Notes: a model not told the origin generated them from the letters alone. Counted from the first letter of the whole stretch, positions 49,996 to 63,410 are shown. The stretch: 63,523 bases of DNA, filler included, from Octopus bimaculoides (GCF_001194135.2; 9 parts of 9 records of this genome joined end to end with filler, not necessarily neighbours in it), one strand, 5' to 3'. A program made the numbers and translations.

Positions 49996-50639
49996 TCCTA
50001 TACGTATATGTATCTTTCCAATGTCCAAACATTAGTGCTCTCTCTCTCTCTCTCTCTATTCATATATGTGTATGTTATTTTGGTCGAGTCAACCTCCTGC
50101 TACTCTTAGATTCACCTGTGGTTACACAAAATTTTCGGGATCTCCAATCAAGTTGTAAATTACACACACACCAGTAGCTTCATTCTATACAGATATGCAG
50201 AAGGAAAAATTACTTTTGTTTTGTTAACGATATACCATTATTTGGTTGTCGCCGCATTACTGGGACCATTTCATTCTGTCTTATGTTTAGGTCGATGTAC
50301 TTTGCAGCACCTGTTCTATACTCCAGCGTCGTAGCTAGAGAGTTTGCTGCCCGGGGCAGCCCTTGACTACCCACCACCGCCATCCAGCCCTTAACTCTAT
50401 GGTTGCTTATAAGCAGACCTAAAATTGCCGTCCCAATAGAAGCGTCGTCTAGGTCGACTCCACCCCACGTCTTTCATCAAACAACAGCTATACTTCACAC
50501 ATATGTCTCCGTCCCCAATCTACCATTTTTGTAATACGTATTTATAATGTCCAACAATTTTGAGGATGTAGCTTTTTTTTTATGGCTTTGGTGACCCCTC
50601 AAGTTTCTGATCTGTATCAGTCAGGAAATTCTGGAAAGG

Positions 50640-50790
50640 AAATAGAGCTGAATCGGTCACACACTAAAGAGACCGTCAAGCAGCATTGCTAGACGAGAGT
50701 TAGACTGGCAACTGGAAGGGAAAGGAAACTTGGACGACTTAAGAAGACCTGGAAAGGATGTGTGGTGGATGAAGCGAGACCAAACGGCCT
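50640..50790 (+). pseudogene. RTE-clade LINE ORF2 C-terminal fragment
   Basis: *IGHTLKRPSSSIARRELDWQLEGK..., matching the RTE WIGHTLR...ALDWNPxGKRKRGRP pattern. Frameshifted. Confidence 0.7.
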
Positions 50791-51074
50791 GTTTCGTCTG
50801 AAATCAATGAGCTAACACAATATCGCTTCCACTGATATGAAATGATTGAGGTCCTATGCTCCTTATAAAGTAATGTGGACTAACTAATGTCCACCAATTG
50901 TTTGCCCTTGTCAACATAAGAGATAAACCACCCTCGTTTCTCACACTCGATTTTATATCAACCCCCACCATCATTGTCTTTCGTAAAATGTACATATAAT
51001 GTTCCTTCACATGTTTCTCCAACCCGTGTGACAGAACATAAATAAATGAAGCCAATCTTGAGAGAAGGCTTTTT

Positions 51075-51740
51075 ACAGTCTAAATTCAAATCCCTGCGAT
51101 GGCAACTTTGCCTTTCATCCTCTCGAGGTCGATAAAATAAAGTACAAACCGAGAACTGAAGTCAATATAATTGGTTGTTCCTAAGGCGGCGAGCTGGTAG
51201 AATCGTTACCGCACCGGCTAAATAGCTGCAATTATGCGTCTTTGCGTTCTGAGTCCAAATTCTACCAGGGTCGACTTTGCCATTCAACCTTCTGAAATCG
51301 ATAAAATAAGTTGCCAGTTGATTACTGGAGTCGATATAATCGACTTACCTCTTCTAACGAAATCGCTGGACTTGTACCAAAACTTTGAAAACAATATAAT
51401 CGGGTGTCACTTGCCCCCACCTCCCAAATTTTAGGCCCTGTACCTATATTAGAATTTCTTAACGGGTGTAGCGTTATTTAGTTGAATCGTTACAGTGCCA
51501 AATAATAATAAAAAAAAAAGAAAACAACAAAAAACGGTTTCTTGTGTATGTCCCGACTCTTTACATTCTGAGTTCGGATCTCGCCAAGGTCAACTAACTT
51601 TATCTTTCATCCGCCCCCACCCGGGGTGGATAAAACAGAATGCCTGCGAAAACGTGACAGGGATGGGGGTCGGTGTAATCAACTTATCCCCTCCCCTCTC
51701 TTCACAAACCTGCTGGATTTGTGTCTAAAATTAAAACCAA
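51075..51740 (+). mobile_element. Cluster of family-A SINE copies (~51075-51180, 51183-51400, ~51465-51740)
   Basis: GGCGGCGAGCTGGTAGAATCGTTA...GTCGACTTTGCC...CGATAAAATAAG motifs repeated. Confidence 0.8.
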
Positions 51741-51974
51741 TTATTACGACCGACTGTCACCTTGCCGAAGACAGACAGAGTCAATGGATACATTTGTGTT
51801 AGAGTCCTGCTGAAGGAGATCTACTCATTCTTCATCCTCACCTCTGCATTCTTGTTCAGTGGTTCTCAACTAGGGGCCATATGATCCGTGGGGATTCATA
51901 TAAGATCCTTGGGGGTTCATATGTGCAAAGAATTGGTTATACTTCTACAGTATACAAAATATTTAAAACTATTT

Positions 51975-52324
51975 TTACTCATTACTCTTTTAATTTTGTT
52001 TGACTGTGGCCATGCTGAAACACCATTGACTCCAGGACTTATTCTTCGTAAGCCTAGTACTTGTTCTATCGATTTATTTGCCGAAGTGTTAAGTTACTGG
52101 GACGTAAATACCAACATCGGTTGTCAAGCGATGATGGGGCGACAAACAGACACATAAATACACACATATACGACGGGCTTCTTTCATGTTTCGTCCACTA
52201 AATCCACTCACAAGGCTTTGGTCAGCCCGAGGCTATAGTAGAAGACACTTGCCCAAGGTGCCACGCAGTGGGACTGAACCCGGAACCATGTGGTTGGGAA
52301 GCAAGCTTCTTACCACACAGTCAC
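51975..52324 (-). mobile_element. Family-B SINE, full length
   Basis: Near-consensus head GGGACTGAACCCGGAACCATGTGGTTGGGAAGCAAGCTTCTTACCACACAG. Confidence 0.93.
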
Positions 52325-53330
52325 ATACAATTTTTTGTTTTTGATAATAATAATAATAATAATAATAATACATAACAAAAATACCAGGACTTACANNNNN
52401 NNNNNNNNNNNNNNNNNNNNNNNNNNNNNNNNNNNNNNNNNNNNNNNNNNNNNNNNNNNNNNNNNNNNNNNNNNNNNNNNNNNNNNNNNNNNNNNNNNNN
52501 NNNNNNNNNNNNNNNNNNNNNNNNNNNNNNNNNNNNNNNNNNNNNNNNNNNNNNNNNNNNNNNNNNNNNNNNNNNNNNNNNNNNNNNNNNNNNNNNNNNN
52601 NNNNNNNNNNNNNNNNNNNNNNNNNNNNNNNNNNNNNNNNNNNNNNNNNNNNNNNNNNNNNNNNNNNNNNNNNNNNNNNNNNNNNNNNNNNNNNNNNNNN
52701 NNNNNNNNNNNNNNNNNNNNNNNNNNNNNNNNNNNNNNNNNNNNNNNNNNNNNNNNNNNNNNNNNNNNNNNNNNNNNNNNNNNNNNNNNNNNNNNNNNNN
52801 NNNNNNNNNNNNNNNNNNNNNNNNNNNNNNNNNNNNNNNNNNNNNNNNNNNNNNNNNNNNNNNNNNNNNNNNNNNNNNNNNNNNNNNNNNNNNNNNNNNN
52901 NNNNNNNNNNNNNNNNNNNNNNNNNNNNNNNNNNNNNNNNNNNNNNNNNNNNNNNNNNNNNNNNNNNNNNNNNNNNNNNNNNNNNNNNNNNNNNNNNNNN
53001 NNNNNNNNNNNNNNNNNNNNNNNNNNNNNNNNNNNNNNNNNNNNNNNNNNNNNNNNNNNNNNNNNNNNNNNNNNNNNNNNNNNNNNNNNNNNNNNNNNNN
53101 NNNNNNNNNNNNNNNNNNNNNNNNNNNNNNNNNNNNNNNNNNNNNNNNNNNNNNNNNNNNNNNNNNNNNNNNNNNNNNNNNNNNNNNNNNNNNNNNNNNN
53201 NNNNNNNNNNNNNNNNNNNNNNNNNNNNNNNNNNNNNNNNNNNNNNNNNNNNNNNNNNNNNNNNNNNNNNNNNNNNNNNNNNNNNNNNNNNNNNNNNNNN
53301 NNNNNNNNNNNNNNNNNNNNNNNNNNNNNN

Positions 53331-53524
53331 GTGGGGGGGTGGGGACAAACATATACACACACATACATACATATATATTATATATATACATATATACGAC
53401 AGGCTTCTTTCAGTTTCCATCTACCAAATCCACTCACAAGGCTTTGGTCGGCCCGAGGCTATAGTAGAAGACACTTGCCCAAGGTGCCACGCAGTGGGAC
53501 TGAACCCAGAACCATATGGTTGGT
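53331..53524 (-). mobile_element. Family-B SINE 5' part
   Basis: GGCTTCTTTCAGTTTCCATCTACCAAATCCACTCACAAGGCTTTGGTCGGCCCGAGGCTATAGTAGAAGACACTTGCCCAAGG. Confidence 0.92.
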
Positions 53525-54639
53525 AAAAAAGCGTGGAGTTTGCTGGTTTCATTCCGAGATCGCTTTTCGTCGTTTTCCTTCATTCACTGCGAATAAATTA
53601 CATGTGTCAGAGCTGGAGCACAAACAAATAGGGGTTGAGTGAGAGTAAAGGAAGGCGCTTTTAGAATGGAGGACCGCAGCTGGGTGAGGGCTTGTGCTTC
53701 TGAGGGTCAAGGTATACCTGGATCTGAGGGGTTCCTTCATTGATCCTATCTAGAGGCTCCCTTGTACCAGAACTACTTCAATAATGCGTTCGTATACTTT
53801 GTATATTATGTAGGATACTTTTATATCATTTCGCCGTCTTTTCCTTCTTGTTCATTTTTTTTATGTAAGCCCCGCCCCCCCGTCACACACATACAGATTG
53901 TAAACTGTTCTTGTAATGTCCCCCCTCATTTACGTCCCTGTGACAAATAAAGGACATCACAATCATCATCATCGTTATATATATATATATATATATATAC
54001 ATGGATATATATTAAAATGTGTATGCCTCTAGCGAGTGAAGTCTTTGTTCTAAACCACCTTCTCGTTTATTTCGTGAAATATAAACGGGAAACCCTGTAC
54101 CGCTATTAATTGATAATTTATTTTTAGGAATACTCTCGATACAAGAAAGAAAGAAAGAAACGAAAAAGAAAGAAAGAAAAATGTGACGACAAACAATAAG
54201 GAAAAGACAAACTTGGAACCGTTTTTAATGGCTGTTGTGTTTGTGTTTGTGTTCGTGATGGTGGCGGTGGAGGCGGCAGTGGTAGTGAAGCTGGTGGCGG
54301 TGGCGTTGGAGGCGGCAGTGGAGTGGCTATGACGATGGTAGCGGTGGCAGTGATGGTGAGGGTTGTGGAGGTGGCAGTGGTGATTTTGTTGTTGAATTAG
54401 CCTTTAGTTCATCCCCTAATCGAGTAGACTTCTGTAATTGAACGGAAGACCATTTTAGGACTACGTTATCTAATATGTAATACCTGCCTTTACACACACA
54501 CACACACACGTGGTATAAAAACGGTAGGTTATGATTGGAAAGAAATTTTTGCTATTATTTCTAGTTGTAAAACGCTCCCGTGTTTGTAAATGATGGTAGA
54601 AGAAGAGACATTCTTTAATGGAATTGGATTTTTTATTTT

Positions 54640-55200
54640 TTATTTGTTACATTTCTTTGTTGAAATTTGATTGTTCTTGACATTTTCTTTATTGACACCA
54701 GTGATGATGATGACAATGATGATGATGACGATGGTGATGATTCTAATGACGATGATGATTCTAGTGATGATGATGATGATGATGGTGATGATGGTTGTGA
54801 TGGTGAGGATGACGATGATGGTCGTGTTGGTGGCGGTGTAGTTTGATGATGGTGATGGTGATGATGTTGATGGTAATCGTGGAGGTCAGGTGGTGGCAAT
54901 GGTTGTGACTACGACGATGACGATAATGATACTTGATGCTGTTGTCTACAGTAACGTGAACTGAGTTTGTAGTTCAATACATACACATCGAGCGATGAAA
55001 TTATGAATTTAATCACTTTAGTTAACGTAGGAGTGACAACGACAAGGACGACAATGATGATGATGTTTGTGGTGGTGGTGGTGGTGGTGGTTCTAGTAGT
55101 AGTAGCAGTAATAATTGTAGTGGTAGTGGTGATAGTGGTGTTGGTGGTGGTTATAGCAGTGAGGATGTTCGCTGTATTCGTTACAGTGAAGTTAGTGTTC
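54640..55200. repeat. Degenerate (GAT)/(GGT)/(GTA) trinucleotide low-complexity tract
   Basis: Directly visible. It explains the poly-H/S/T ORFs. Confidence 0.9.
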
Positions 55201-55519
55201 ATGGAAGTGGCGAATTTTTTTTCTTTTTAATGGAAATATATTTTTTAATATTCCATTAAAATATTTAGATAGAATGGGTGTATTTACGTATGTATGTATG
55301 TAGGTATGTAGGTAGGTAGGTACGTAGAACGATAGAAAGATGTAAGTAGGTAGGTAGATAGATGTGCAGAACGATAGATAGATAGAACGATAGATAGATA
55401 AAGAGAGATAAAAACGATAGATGGATAGAACGAACGAACGAACGAAGAATAGATTGTCAAAGAAATTCACAGAAAAAAAATGAGCGTGCGTACGTGTGTG
55501 TGTGTGTGTGTGTGCGTGT

Positions 55520-55558
<39 letters not shown>

Positions 55559-55869
55559 TGTGTGTGTGAGAGAGAAAGATAGAGAGAGAGAGAGAAAGAG
55601 AGTGTGTGTGTGAGAGAGAAGGATGGAGATAGATTGAAGATTTGTGAGTAGGCTGACCCAACTCGGAATGGCCGACCATGACGAGAAGGGTGGGTAAGAG
55701 ATTGAATCGCTGAAAATGCCAGCCTATTTTTCAAATATCTGAAGACAAAATACTTCGTTCCCCACCCCTCTCTCTCTGTCTTTCTTTTCTCTCTATTGTT
55801 GATGTGATAGGACGTTTTACAGGTAATTATATATTTTCCTTTTTTTTCCGCCCTTTTAAAGCCTAGCCA

Positions 55870-56120
55870 AGCTCATAGACACAGTTTCCCGGTTTCTGTG
55901 ACGTATGTATACCCCCACCCCCACCAGCTGGACGGGACGCCAGTCCATCGCAGCGTTACTCAAGAAACAAGAAGGAGTGAGAGAAAGTTGGGGAAAAAGA
56001 GAACAACAGGGGTCACCTCGTGAAGCTTTAGCTGTTTTCGCTCAATAAACACATGCAACGCCCGGTCTGGGAATCGAAACCGCGATCCTCCGACCGCGAG
56101 TCGGCTGCCATTACGCCTCC
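55870..56120 (-). mobile_element. tRNA-derived SINE with V-domain-like core (family D)
   Basis: Minus strand: GGAGGCGTAATGGC...GGTTTCGATTCCCAG head, and CTGCGATGGACTGGCGTCCCGTCCAG at 55928-55953. Confidence 0.7.
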
Positions 56121-56518
56121 GTAAATATATTTTACTGTTACTTAAGTTGAAACTCCTAAGTAGTAGGGGGCTGTTGTTGTTTAACTCGATATCTGCTCAG
56201 ATCAAGTAAAACTATGATAAAACAGAATAAAAATCACACCCTTCCCCCGTATCAATCAAATCTTTTTGTTTCTGAGAGAATGCATTTTCGATTCGTTATT
56301 CGACGTGAACATTTTGTTTTTAATGATATTGTATGATGTGGATTTGAGGGTGATTTAGCTGCTATTTTTAGCAAGCCGAGAGACCATGATGATGGTGCCC
56401 CGTTAGCCAGTATTGGCTCCGTCGTAACCAGAACTAACACCGCGGAATTTGAATGTCGAAATAATGAAAACAGGGACCCTCAGTGAGCCCTATTTACAAA
56501 ATATTTGTTTATATCGAC

Positions 56519-56966
56519 ATGGCTGTGTGGTAAGAAGTTTTGCTTCCCAATCACACGGATCCAGGTTCAGTCCCACTGTGTGACGCCTTGGGCAAGTGTC
56601 TTCTGCTATAGCTTCGGGTCGACCAAAGCCTTGTGAATAGATTTGGTGGATGGAAACCGAAAAAAAAAACCGCGTCATATATATATGTGTGTGTGTGTAT
56701 ATATGTATATACAAACTTACTCGGAAATGGATGCGTGGCGTTCNNNNNNNNNNNNNNNNNNNNNNNNNNNNNNNNNNNNNNNNNNNNNNNNNNNNNNNNN
56801 NNNNNNNNNNNNNNNNNNNNNNNNNNNNNNNNNNNNNNNNNNNNNNNNNNNNNNNNNNNNNNNNNNNNNNNNNNNNNNNNNNNNNNNNNNNNNNNNNNNN
56901 NNNNNNNNNNNNNNNNNNNNNNNNNNNNNNNNNNNNNNNNNNNNNNNNNNNNNNNNNNNNTATATA

Positions 56967-57002
<36 letters not shown>

Positions 57003-57282
57003 TGTATGTATGTATGTATGTATGTATGTATGTATGTATGTATATAATGTGTGTGTGTGTGCGCGCCTTTGTTTCTGTGTTTGTCTCCACTACCGCTCGA
57101 CAACTAGTGTTGGTGTGTTTATGTCCCTGTTAATCTGCGGTTCGACAAAAACGACCGATAAAATAAATACCAGGCTTCAAAGCAAAATAAGTACTGGGGT
57201 AGATTCATTCGACTAAAATCTCTTGAAGACGGTGGTGCTACAGCATGGCCGCAGTCATGAAACAAGTAAAAAATAAAAGATC
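56519..57282 (+). mobile_element. Family-B SINE with expanded internal microsatellite spanning a gap
   Basis: Head at 56519-56670, (TA)/(TATG)/(TG) tract and gap, then 3' half 57070-57282. Confidence 0.85.
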
Positions 57283-57569
57283 TATAGATGCTATACTTGG
57301 GTCCATCATCAGCATTGGATCCTGGAGTCACTGGGTGTTTCGGGTCTTACGAAATACATCTTTATCCAGACGACCTGACCAAGACTGATGAAACCTAGGT
57401 CCATGTCCAAGCTGCATTCTACTGATCCACAACGATCCCCTCTTTTCAGCTAGACGCTTTCTCAGCAACCTTTAAATTGTTCCTGATGGCTCATCTGCTC
57501 ATTTCTTGTAATGCCTAGGATTCCATAGGCCTTACTCAGGCAATGACCCCTGATACACCGACTAACCAA

Positions 57570-57902
57570 TAAAATCTGGCACTCCGTCGGTTACGACGAT
57601 GAGTGTTCCAGTTGATTCGACCATCCTAAAAGCCTGCTCGTGGAATTAACGTATAAGTGGCTGAACACTCCACAGACAGGCGTACCCTTTTCGCAGTTCT
57701 CAGGGAGATTCAGCGTGACAAAGGTGTGACAAGGCTGGGACCTTTGAATTACAGGTACTACTCATTTTTGTCAGCTGAGTGGACTGGAGCAGCGTGAAAT
57801 AAAGTGTCTTGCTCAAGGACACAACACGTCACATGGTATGGAAACTCACGACATTACAATCAAGAGCTGAATTCCACTAACCATAAAACTACGCGCCTTC
57901 AC
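57570..57902 (-). mobile_element. Family-C SINE
   Basis: CAGCTGAGTGGACTGGAGCAGCGTGAAATAAAGTGTCTTGCTCAAGGACACAAC and a tRNA-like end. Homologous to 38484-38775. Confidence 0.88.
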
Positions 57903-59166
57903 TCGATTGCCAGTATCCTTCGGTAAACACCCGGTTCTCCACCCATTCTTGAAGAAGTCCTCCACCAGCTCTTTCCATCCTCTCTTCCCAGGACACAGTC
58001 AACTCCAATAGGATTACATGCCTTGTCTTAGAAACGAAGAAACCAAGAGGACATTTCGTTCCAACACGGTTTGGGTGATATGTGATGGAAATTTTAGTTG
58101 CTTTTCCAGATCAAACTCCATCACCAGGTAGTTTGACAAATTACGTTCGTGTGATTATATCACAGTATATTATATTATTAAAGACATCATAAAAGATAAA
58201 TATAATAGTCGGTACGAGGGAGATTTGAACCTGCCCCAATGAACTATCTGCAAAATTGACATTGTAAAACTATTGTCTTGCTAGCCAATTTTTTTCCTTG
58301 CAAAAATTATTAAATATATACTATTGTAAAAAAGTATTGAGTAATTTTCATTTGGCTTACAAAAATATTAATGATATATTATAACATAATTTATGTACGA
58401 TTATGTGTGTTTAAGAAGAGAAGGTTGTGTGTGCTGGTATCATACATGCGCGTTTGATTTTTCACACACACACACACACACACACACACCTTGAGTTTAT
58501 GACTTTTCTGGGGGCCATTACAAATGTAAGTGAAGTTAAATATAGAGAAGGGACTCGTACTAGGATTCGAAACAAGGACAACATTTTCTCAACGACACCT
58601 AGTCTTGTCTAATTTATAAGTCTCCATGTTTTCTAATATTTACGTCGCTTTTGGCGAAAATTTATTCTTTATTTCTAATTTTAGTTTTATATATGAAGGC
58701 ACACCTAGACAAGTGTGCCCCCACCCACCGAATTTGTTTCCTCATAACTTTCAGAAAAATGGATTTTTGAACGGAAATTTCTACTAATGTCATTCAGATG
58801 ATGNNNNNNNNNNNNNNNNNNNNNNNNNNNNNNNNNNNNNNNNNNNNTTAATTAATTAANNNNNNNNNNNNNNNNNNNNNNNNNNNNNNNNNNNNNNNNN
58901 NNNACTGCAGATTTCTCAATAGTTCAACATAGATATTCTCTTTTTCACTGATCCTCAGCTGTATGTTAACACCCGCCAGGCAAATATACAAAAACAAAAG
59001 ATAGGCGAGGAAACAAGCAGATTTAATAGTTTGATATTCGGGAAAAATGGAAAATTCATCGATGATTCGTGCCTATAGTCTTCAACAGAATAGAATGACA
59101 AGAAAAAATGGAAAGAGAGAGTGAGAAATGGTGAGAGAAAGAAAGTGTGCCGGTATTAATGGTTCC

Positions 59167-59211
<45 letters not shown>

Positions 59212-60337
59212 NNNNNNNNNNNNNNNNNNNNNNNNNNNNNNNNNNNNNNNNNNNNNNNNNNNNNNNNNNNNNNNNNNNNNNNNNNNNNNNNNNNNNNNNN
59301 NNNNNNNNNNNNNNNNNNNNNNNNNNNNNNNNNNNNNNNNNNNNNNNNNNNNNNNNNNNNNNNNNNNNNNNNNNNNNNNNNNNNNNNNNNNNNNNNNNNN
59401 NNNNNNNNNNNNNNNNNNNNNNNNNNNNNNNNNNNNNNNNNNNNNNNNNNNNNNNNNNNNNNNNNNNNNNNNNNNNNNNNNNNNNNNNNNNNNNNNNNNN
59501 NNNNNNNNNNNNNNNNNNNNNNNNNNNNNNNNNNNNNNNNNNNNNNNNNNNNNNNNNNNNNNNNNNNNNNNNNNNNNNNNNNNNNNNNNNNNNNNNNNNN
59601 NNNNNNNNNNNNNNNNNNNNNNNNNNNNNNNNNNNNNNNNNNNNNNNNNNNNNNNNNNNNNNNNNNNNNNNNNNNNNNNNNNNNNNNNNNNNNNNNNNNN
59701 NNNNNNNNNNNNNNNNNNNNNNNNNNNNNNNNNNNNNNNNNNNNNNNNNNNNNNNNNNNNNNNNNNNNNNNNNNNNNNNNNNNNNNNNNNNNNNNNNNNN
59801 NNNNNNNNNNNNNNNNNNNNNNNNNNNNNNNNNNNNNNNNNNNNNNNNNNNNNNNNNNNNNNNNNNNNNNNNNNNNNNNNNNNNNNNNNNNNNNNNNNNN
59901 NNNNNNNNNNNNNNNNNNNNNNNNNNNNNNNNNNNNNNNNNNNNNNNNNNNNNNNNNNNNNNNNNNNNNNNNNNNNNNNNNNNNNNNNNNNNNNNNNNNN
60001 NNNNNNNNNNNNNNNNNNNNNNNNNNNNNNNNNNNNNNNNNNNNNNNNNNNNNNNNNNNNNNNNNNNNNNNNNNNNNNNNNNNNNNNNNNNNNNNNNNNN
60101 NNNNNNNNNNNNNNNNNNNNNNNNNNNNNNNNNNNNNNNNNNNNNNNNNNNNNNNNNNNNNNATGTATGTATGTATGTATGTATGTATGTATGTATGTAT
60201 GTATGCATGCATGTATGTACGTACGTACGTACGTACGCATGTATGTATGTATGTACGTACGTACGTACGTACGTACGCATGTATGTATGTATGTATGTAT
60301 GTATGTATGTATGTATGTACTGCTCTAACTATTCGAA

Positions 60338-60535
60338 ACGCCAGTGTTATAATGGTGGCAGCTGATGAAGGAAATGTTCTCTATGTGACCTGTGTGTTTT
60401 ATGTACCCTGTTTATTATTTTGTCCATGTTTTTTTTTGCAACGTCATGTACCCAGATATGCATCTATATATACATGTAGATGAAGGTATGTACATACATG
60501 TACATATATATGCATATACTCATATATTATTTGTA
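60338..60535 (+). mobile_element. Third copy of the small PLE-like element seen at 47974-48465
   Basis: TTCGAAACGCC...GGCAGCTGATGAAGGAAATGTTCTCTATGTG...GTACCCAGATATGCATCTAT. Confidence 0.75.
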
Positions 60536-60565
60536 TGTATGTATGTATGTATGTATGTATGTATG

Positions 60566-60785
60566 TACGATGGGATGCTGAAAAGTTCCTGGTTTGGGTA
60601 AAAGAAAATACAGGAGGTTCTGTTAATTATGATTTTATTCAACATATTCACCTCTCAAGTTCACACACTTATTGCAGCAGTCCTTCAGTTTTTCTAAGTA
60701 CTGTAAAAGAACTCGGGAAGTTGGGCCTCCAGCTAGGCCTTTTGTGACACTCCTAAAGTCAGGAACTTTCAAGTGTCCCCTCATA
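60566..60785. mobile_element. Mariner-type MITE, copy 2
   Basis: TIRs TACGATGGGATGCTGAAAAGTTCCTG and CAGGAACTTTCAAGTGTCCCCTCATA, with TA at both ends and no coding capacity. Confidence 0.8.
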
Positions 60786-61068
60786 TGGGTGTATGTATGT
60801 ATGTATGTATGTATGACGGATAGGTACATAGGTTATATGAACAGACAAGCACACATACGCAAATGAAGACTGAAACACATGACTATATATACACACACTT
60901 TACTTCACACAAGGACATATATGGAGACACACGTCCACACATATGGAGATGCACATTCATACATACAANNNNNNNNNNNNNNNNNNNNNNNNNNNNNNNN
61001 NNNNNNNNNNNNTTAATTAATTAANNNNNNNNNNNNNNNNNNNNNNNNNNNNNNNNNNNNNNNNNNNN

Positions 61069-61256
61069 GACACGTAAAAGCACCCACTACACTCTCTGAG
61101 TGGTTGGCGTTAGGAAGGGCATCCAGCTGTAGAAACTCTGCCAAATCAGACTGGAGCCTGGTGTTGCCATCCGGTTTCACCAGTCCTCAGTCAAATCGTC
61201 CAACCCATGCTAGCATGGAAAGCGGACATTAAACGATGATGATGATGATGATGATG
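61069..61256 (+). mobile_element. 3' end of a SINE/LINE-related repeat with (GAT)n tail
   Basis: GGTTGGCGTTAGGAAGGGCATCCAGCTGTAGAAAC...CCAACCCATGCTAGCATGGAAAGCGGACATTAAAC(GAT)n. Confidence 0.75.
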
Positions 61257-61410
61257 GTTCATCTGGTATCGTGGAGAGGAAAGTGTCGAGTTTTGTTTTG
61301 AAGACCTCTATATCCATGTCTTGAAGGTCTCAATTGTTTTGGCAGTGCATTAAAGAGCTGAGGTCCTCTGAAACCGAGGCTGTTGCAGTACCTTGTTCTT
61401 ATGTGAGATA
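61257..61410 (-). pseudogene. CR1/L2-group LINE ORF2 C-terminal fragment
   Basis: [25 protein letters not shown] / [25 protein letters not shown], with one frameshift. Confidence 0.75.
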
Positions 61411-61935
61411 TATATATGTATATATGTGCATATATATGTATATACATATATGTATATGTGTACATATATATGTATATATGTACATATATATGTATATATG
61501 TACATATATATGTATATATGTACATATATATATGTATATATGTACATATGCATTTATATATATNNNNNNNNNNNNNNNNNNNNNNNNNNNNNNNNNNNNN
61601 NNNNNNNNNNNNNNNNNNNNNNNNNNNNNNNNNNNNNNNNNNNNNNNNNNNNNNNNNNNNNNNNNNNNNNNNNNNNNNNNNNNNNNNNNNNNNNNNNNNN
61701 NNNNNNNNNNNNNNNNNNNNNNNNNNNNNNNNNNNNNNNNNNNNNNNNNNNNNNNNNNNNNNNNNNNNNNNNNNNNNNNNNNNNNNNNNNNNNNNNNNNN
61801 NNNNNNNNNNNNNNNNNNNNNNNNNNNNNNNNNNNNNNNNNNNNNNNNNNNNNNNNNNNNNNNNNNNNNNNNNNNNNNNNNNNNNNNNNNNNNNNNNNNN
61901 NNNNNNNNNNNNNNNNNNNNNNNNNNNNNNNNNNN

Positions 61936-61975
<40 letters not shown>

Positions 61976-62019
61976 TAGATAGATAGATATAGGGCAGGGA
62001 ATTGCCAATTAATTAATAA

Positions 62020-62743
62020 TTAACAATTTTGCCAAGTAGTTCAGTATGCAAAAAAACCTTTATCGGAAAAACATGTATATGTAAGTTTTCCCAACAATCC
62101 ACTTTAATGGTTTGGGGAACATTTGTAGCAGATGCGACCCATTGTTGTTCACCTTTCCACTTTAATGCCCAAGTACATTCCAAGCACCATAGCTTCTACC
62201 AACATGTGCATTATAGTCACCAAGCATAACCAACTTCTCATTCTAAGGTACTGACAGAATACTTCTTCTAAGCTCCTCATAAAATGCATGGATATTTTCC
62301 TCACTGGCTGAAAGTGTAGGAGCATAAATAGAGAAAACAGTTACAAAACATCCACTAGAAAGAGGGATCCTGAGTTTCATTATGTGTGTATTTATGCTTT
62401 GTGGTTGTTCTAGGTCTCTTAGCAAATCTTTTCTGATTGCACACCCAACACCACCTTCCCTTTTCTCTCCCTTTGGCTTTCCAACCCAGAGTAATGTGAA
62501 GCCTGCTGCTCTTTCAATAAGATGATCTTTATCTGAACATCTTGTTTCAGAAAGAGCTGCAATATCAGCATTAAGATGCCTTGGCTTCTTAGTTATAAGA
62601 GATGTTCTTCTTTCAGGCCTGTCTGCTCGATCTAAAAGGGCTCTCACATTCCAACAGGCCAGGTTAAGAGAAACCTTATTCCTTGCATACTTATTATCAT
62701 TGTTTATATCAATTCTTTGTTCATTCCTGCTAAATTGAACCAC
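62020..62743 (-). pseudogene. RTE AP-endonuclease domain remnant
   Basis: LACWNVRALLDRADRPERRTSLI...DIAALSETR...AGFTLLWVGKPKGEKREGGVGCAIR...SIYAPTL...FYEEL..., then *NEKLVMLGDYNAHVG after a stop. Confidence 0.9.
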
Positions 62744-63410
62744 TGTTAGCTGCAGTAAACTAACCAGACAATTTTTAGTACACCTTTTCTAGCACCTTCC
62801 CAGTATGTTCAGGTGAGCAGTTTTCTCTTGAAAGAGTTGCTGAGACACAGGATTCTTCACTGAAAACAGTTCCTGTCTATGAAAACATGTAAGCGATGTT
62901 AAGATATGAACCCTGCCGCTTTATGTACAGATTTGTAACTATGTTTCCAACCAGTCAAGTCTGCATTTGTTGCATGCCTCTATTGCCATAGGACTTTTAA
63001 AAAGTGATCATTGTTGTTTTGTTGGGGATGACTGTGCTTCATTGGATCGCAGTGACAAAAGCTTGTACAACACTTTTGCCATTCTCTGGGTCAAAATAGT
63101 AGATTCCAGTGACAAGCAAAGTTGACTAGTACTAAGTTGACTGCAGGTTTTATCTCGGAGTACCTTCTCCTAGGCTTTTCTTCAAAAGGATACTGCAAGC
63201 TAGCAGCGGTAAGTCAATTAGAATTCAGAGCTTTATCCTCTTATACTGGTTGTCCTAATCACAGCTTCATTTCAGAACAGGAGCCCAGTCTACCCCCATC
63301 AACTTTGATAGTGCAGCCAATTAAGGGACTGTTATTACCATGACCTGGTTTCATGTCAGAGTGTCCCTCTCCTAGAAGAGTTGCTTTCACTATGACTAAT
63401 AAGCCTCATC
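62020..63410 (-). mobile_element. RTE-clade (BovB-like) LINE, 5' UTR and endonuclease region, 3'-truncated
   Basis: APE ORF 62243-62743. Upstream CTAGGAGAAGGTACTCCGAGATAAAACC resembles RTE 5' UTR motifs. Confidence 0.85.
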
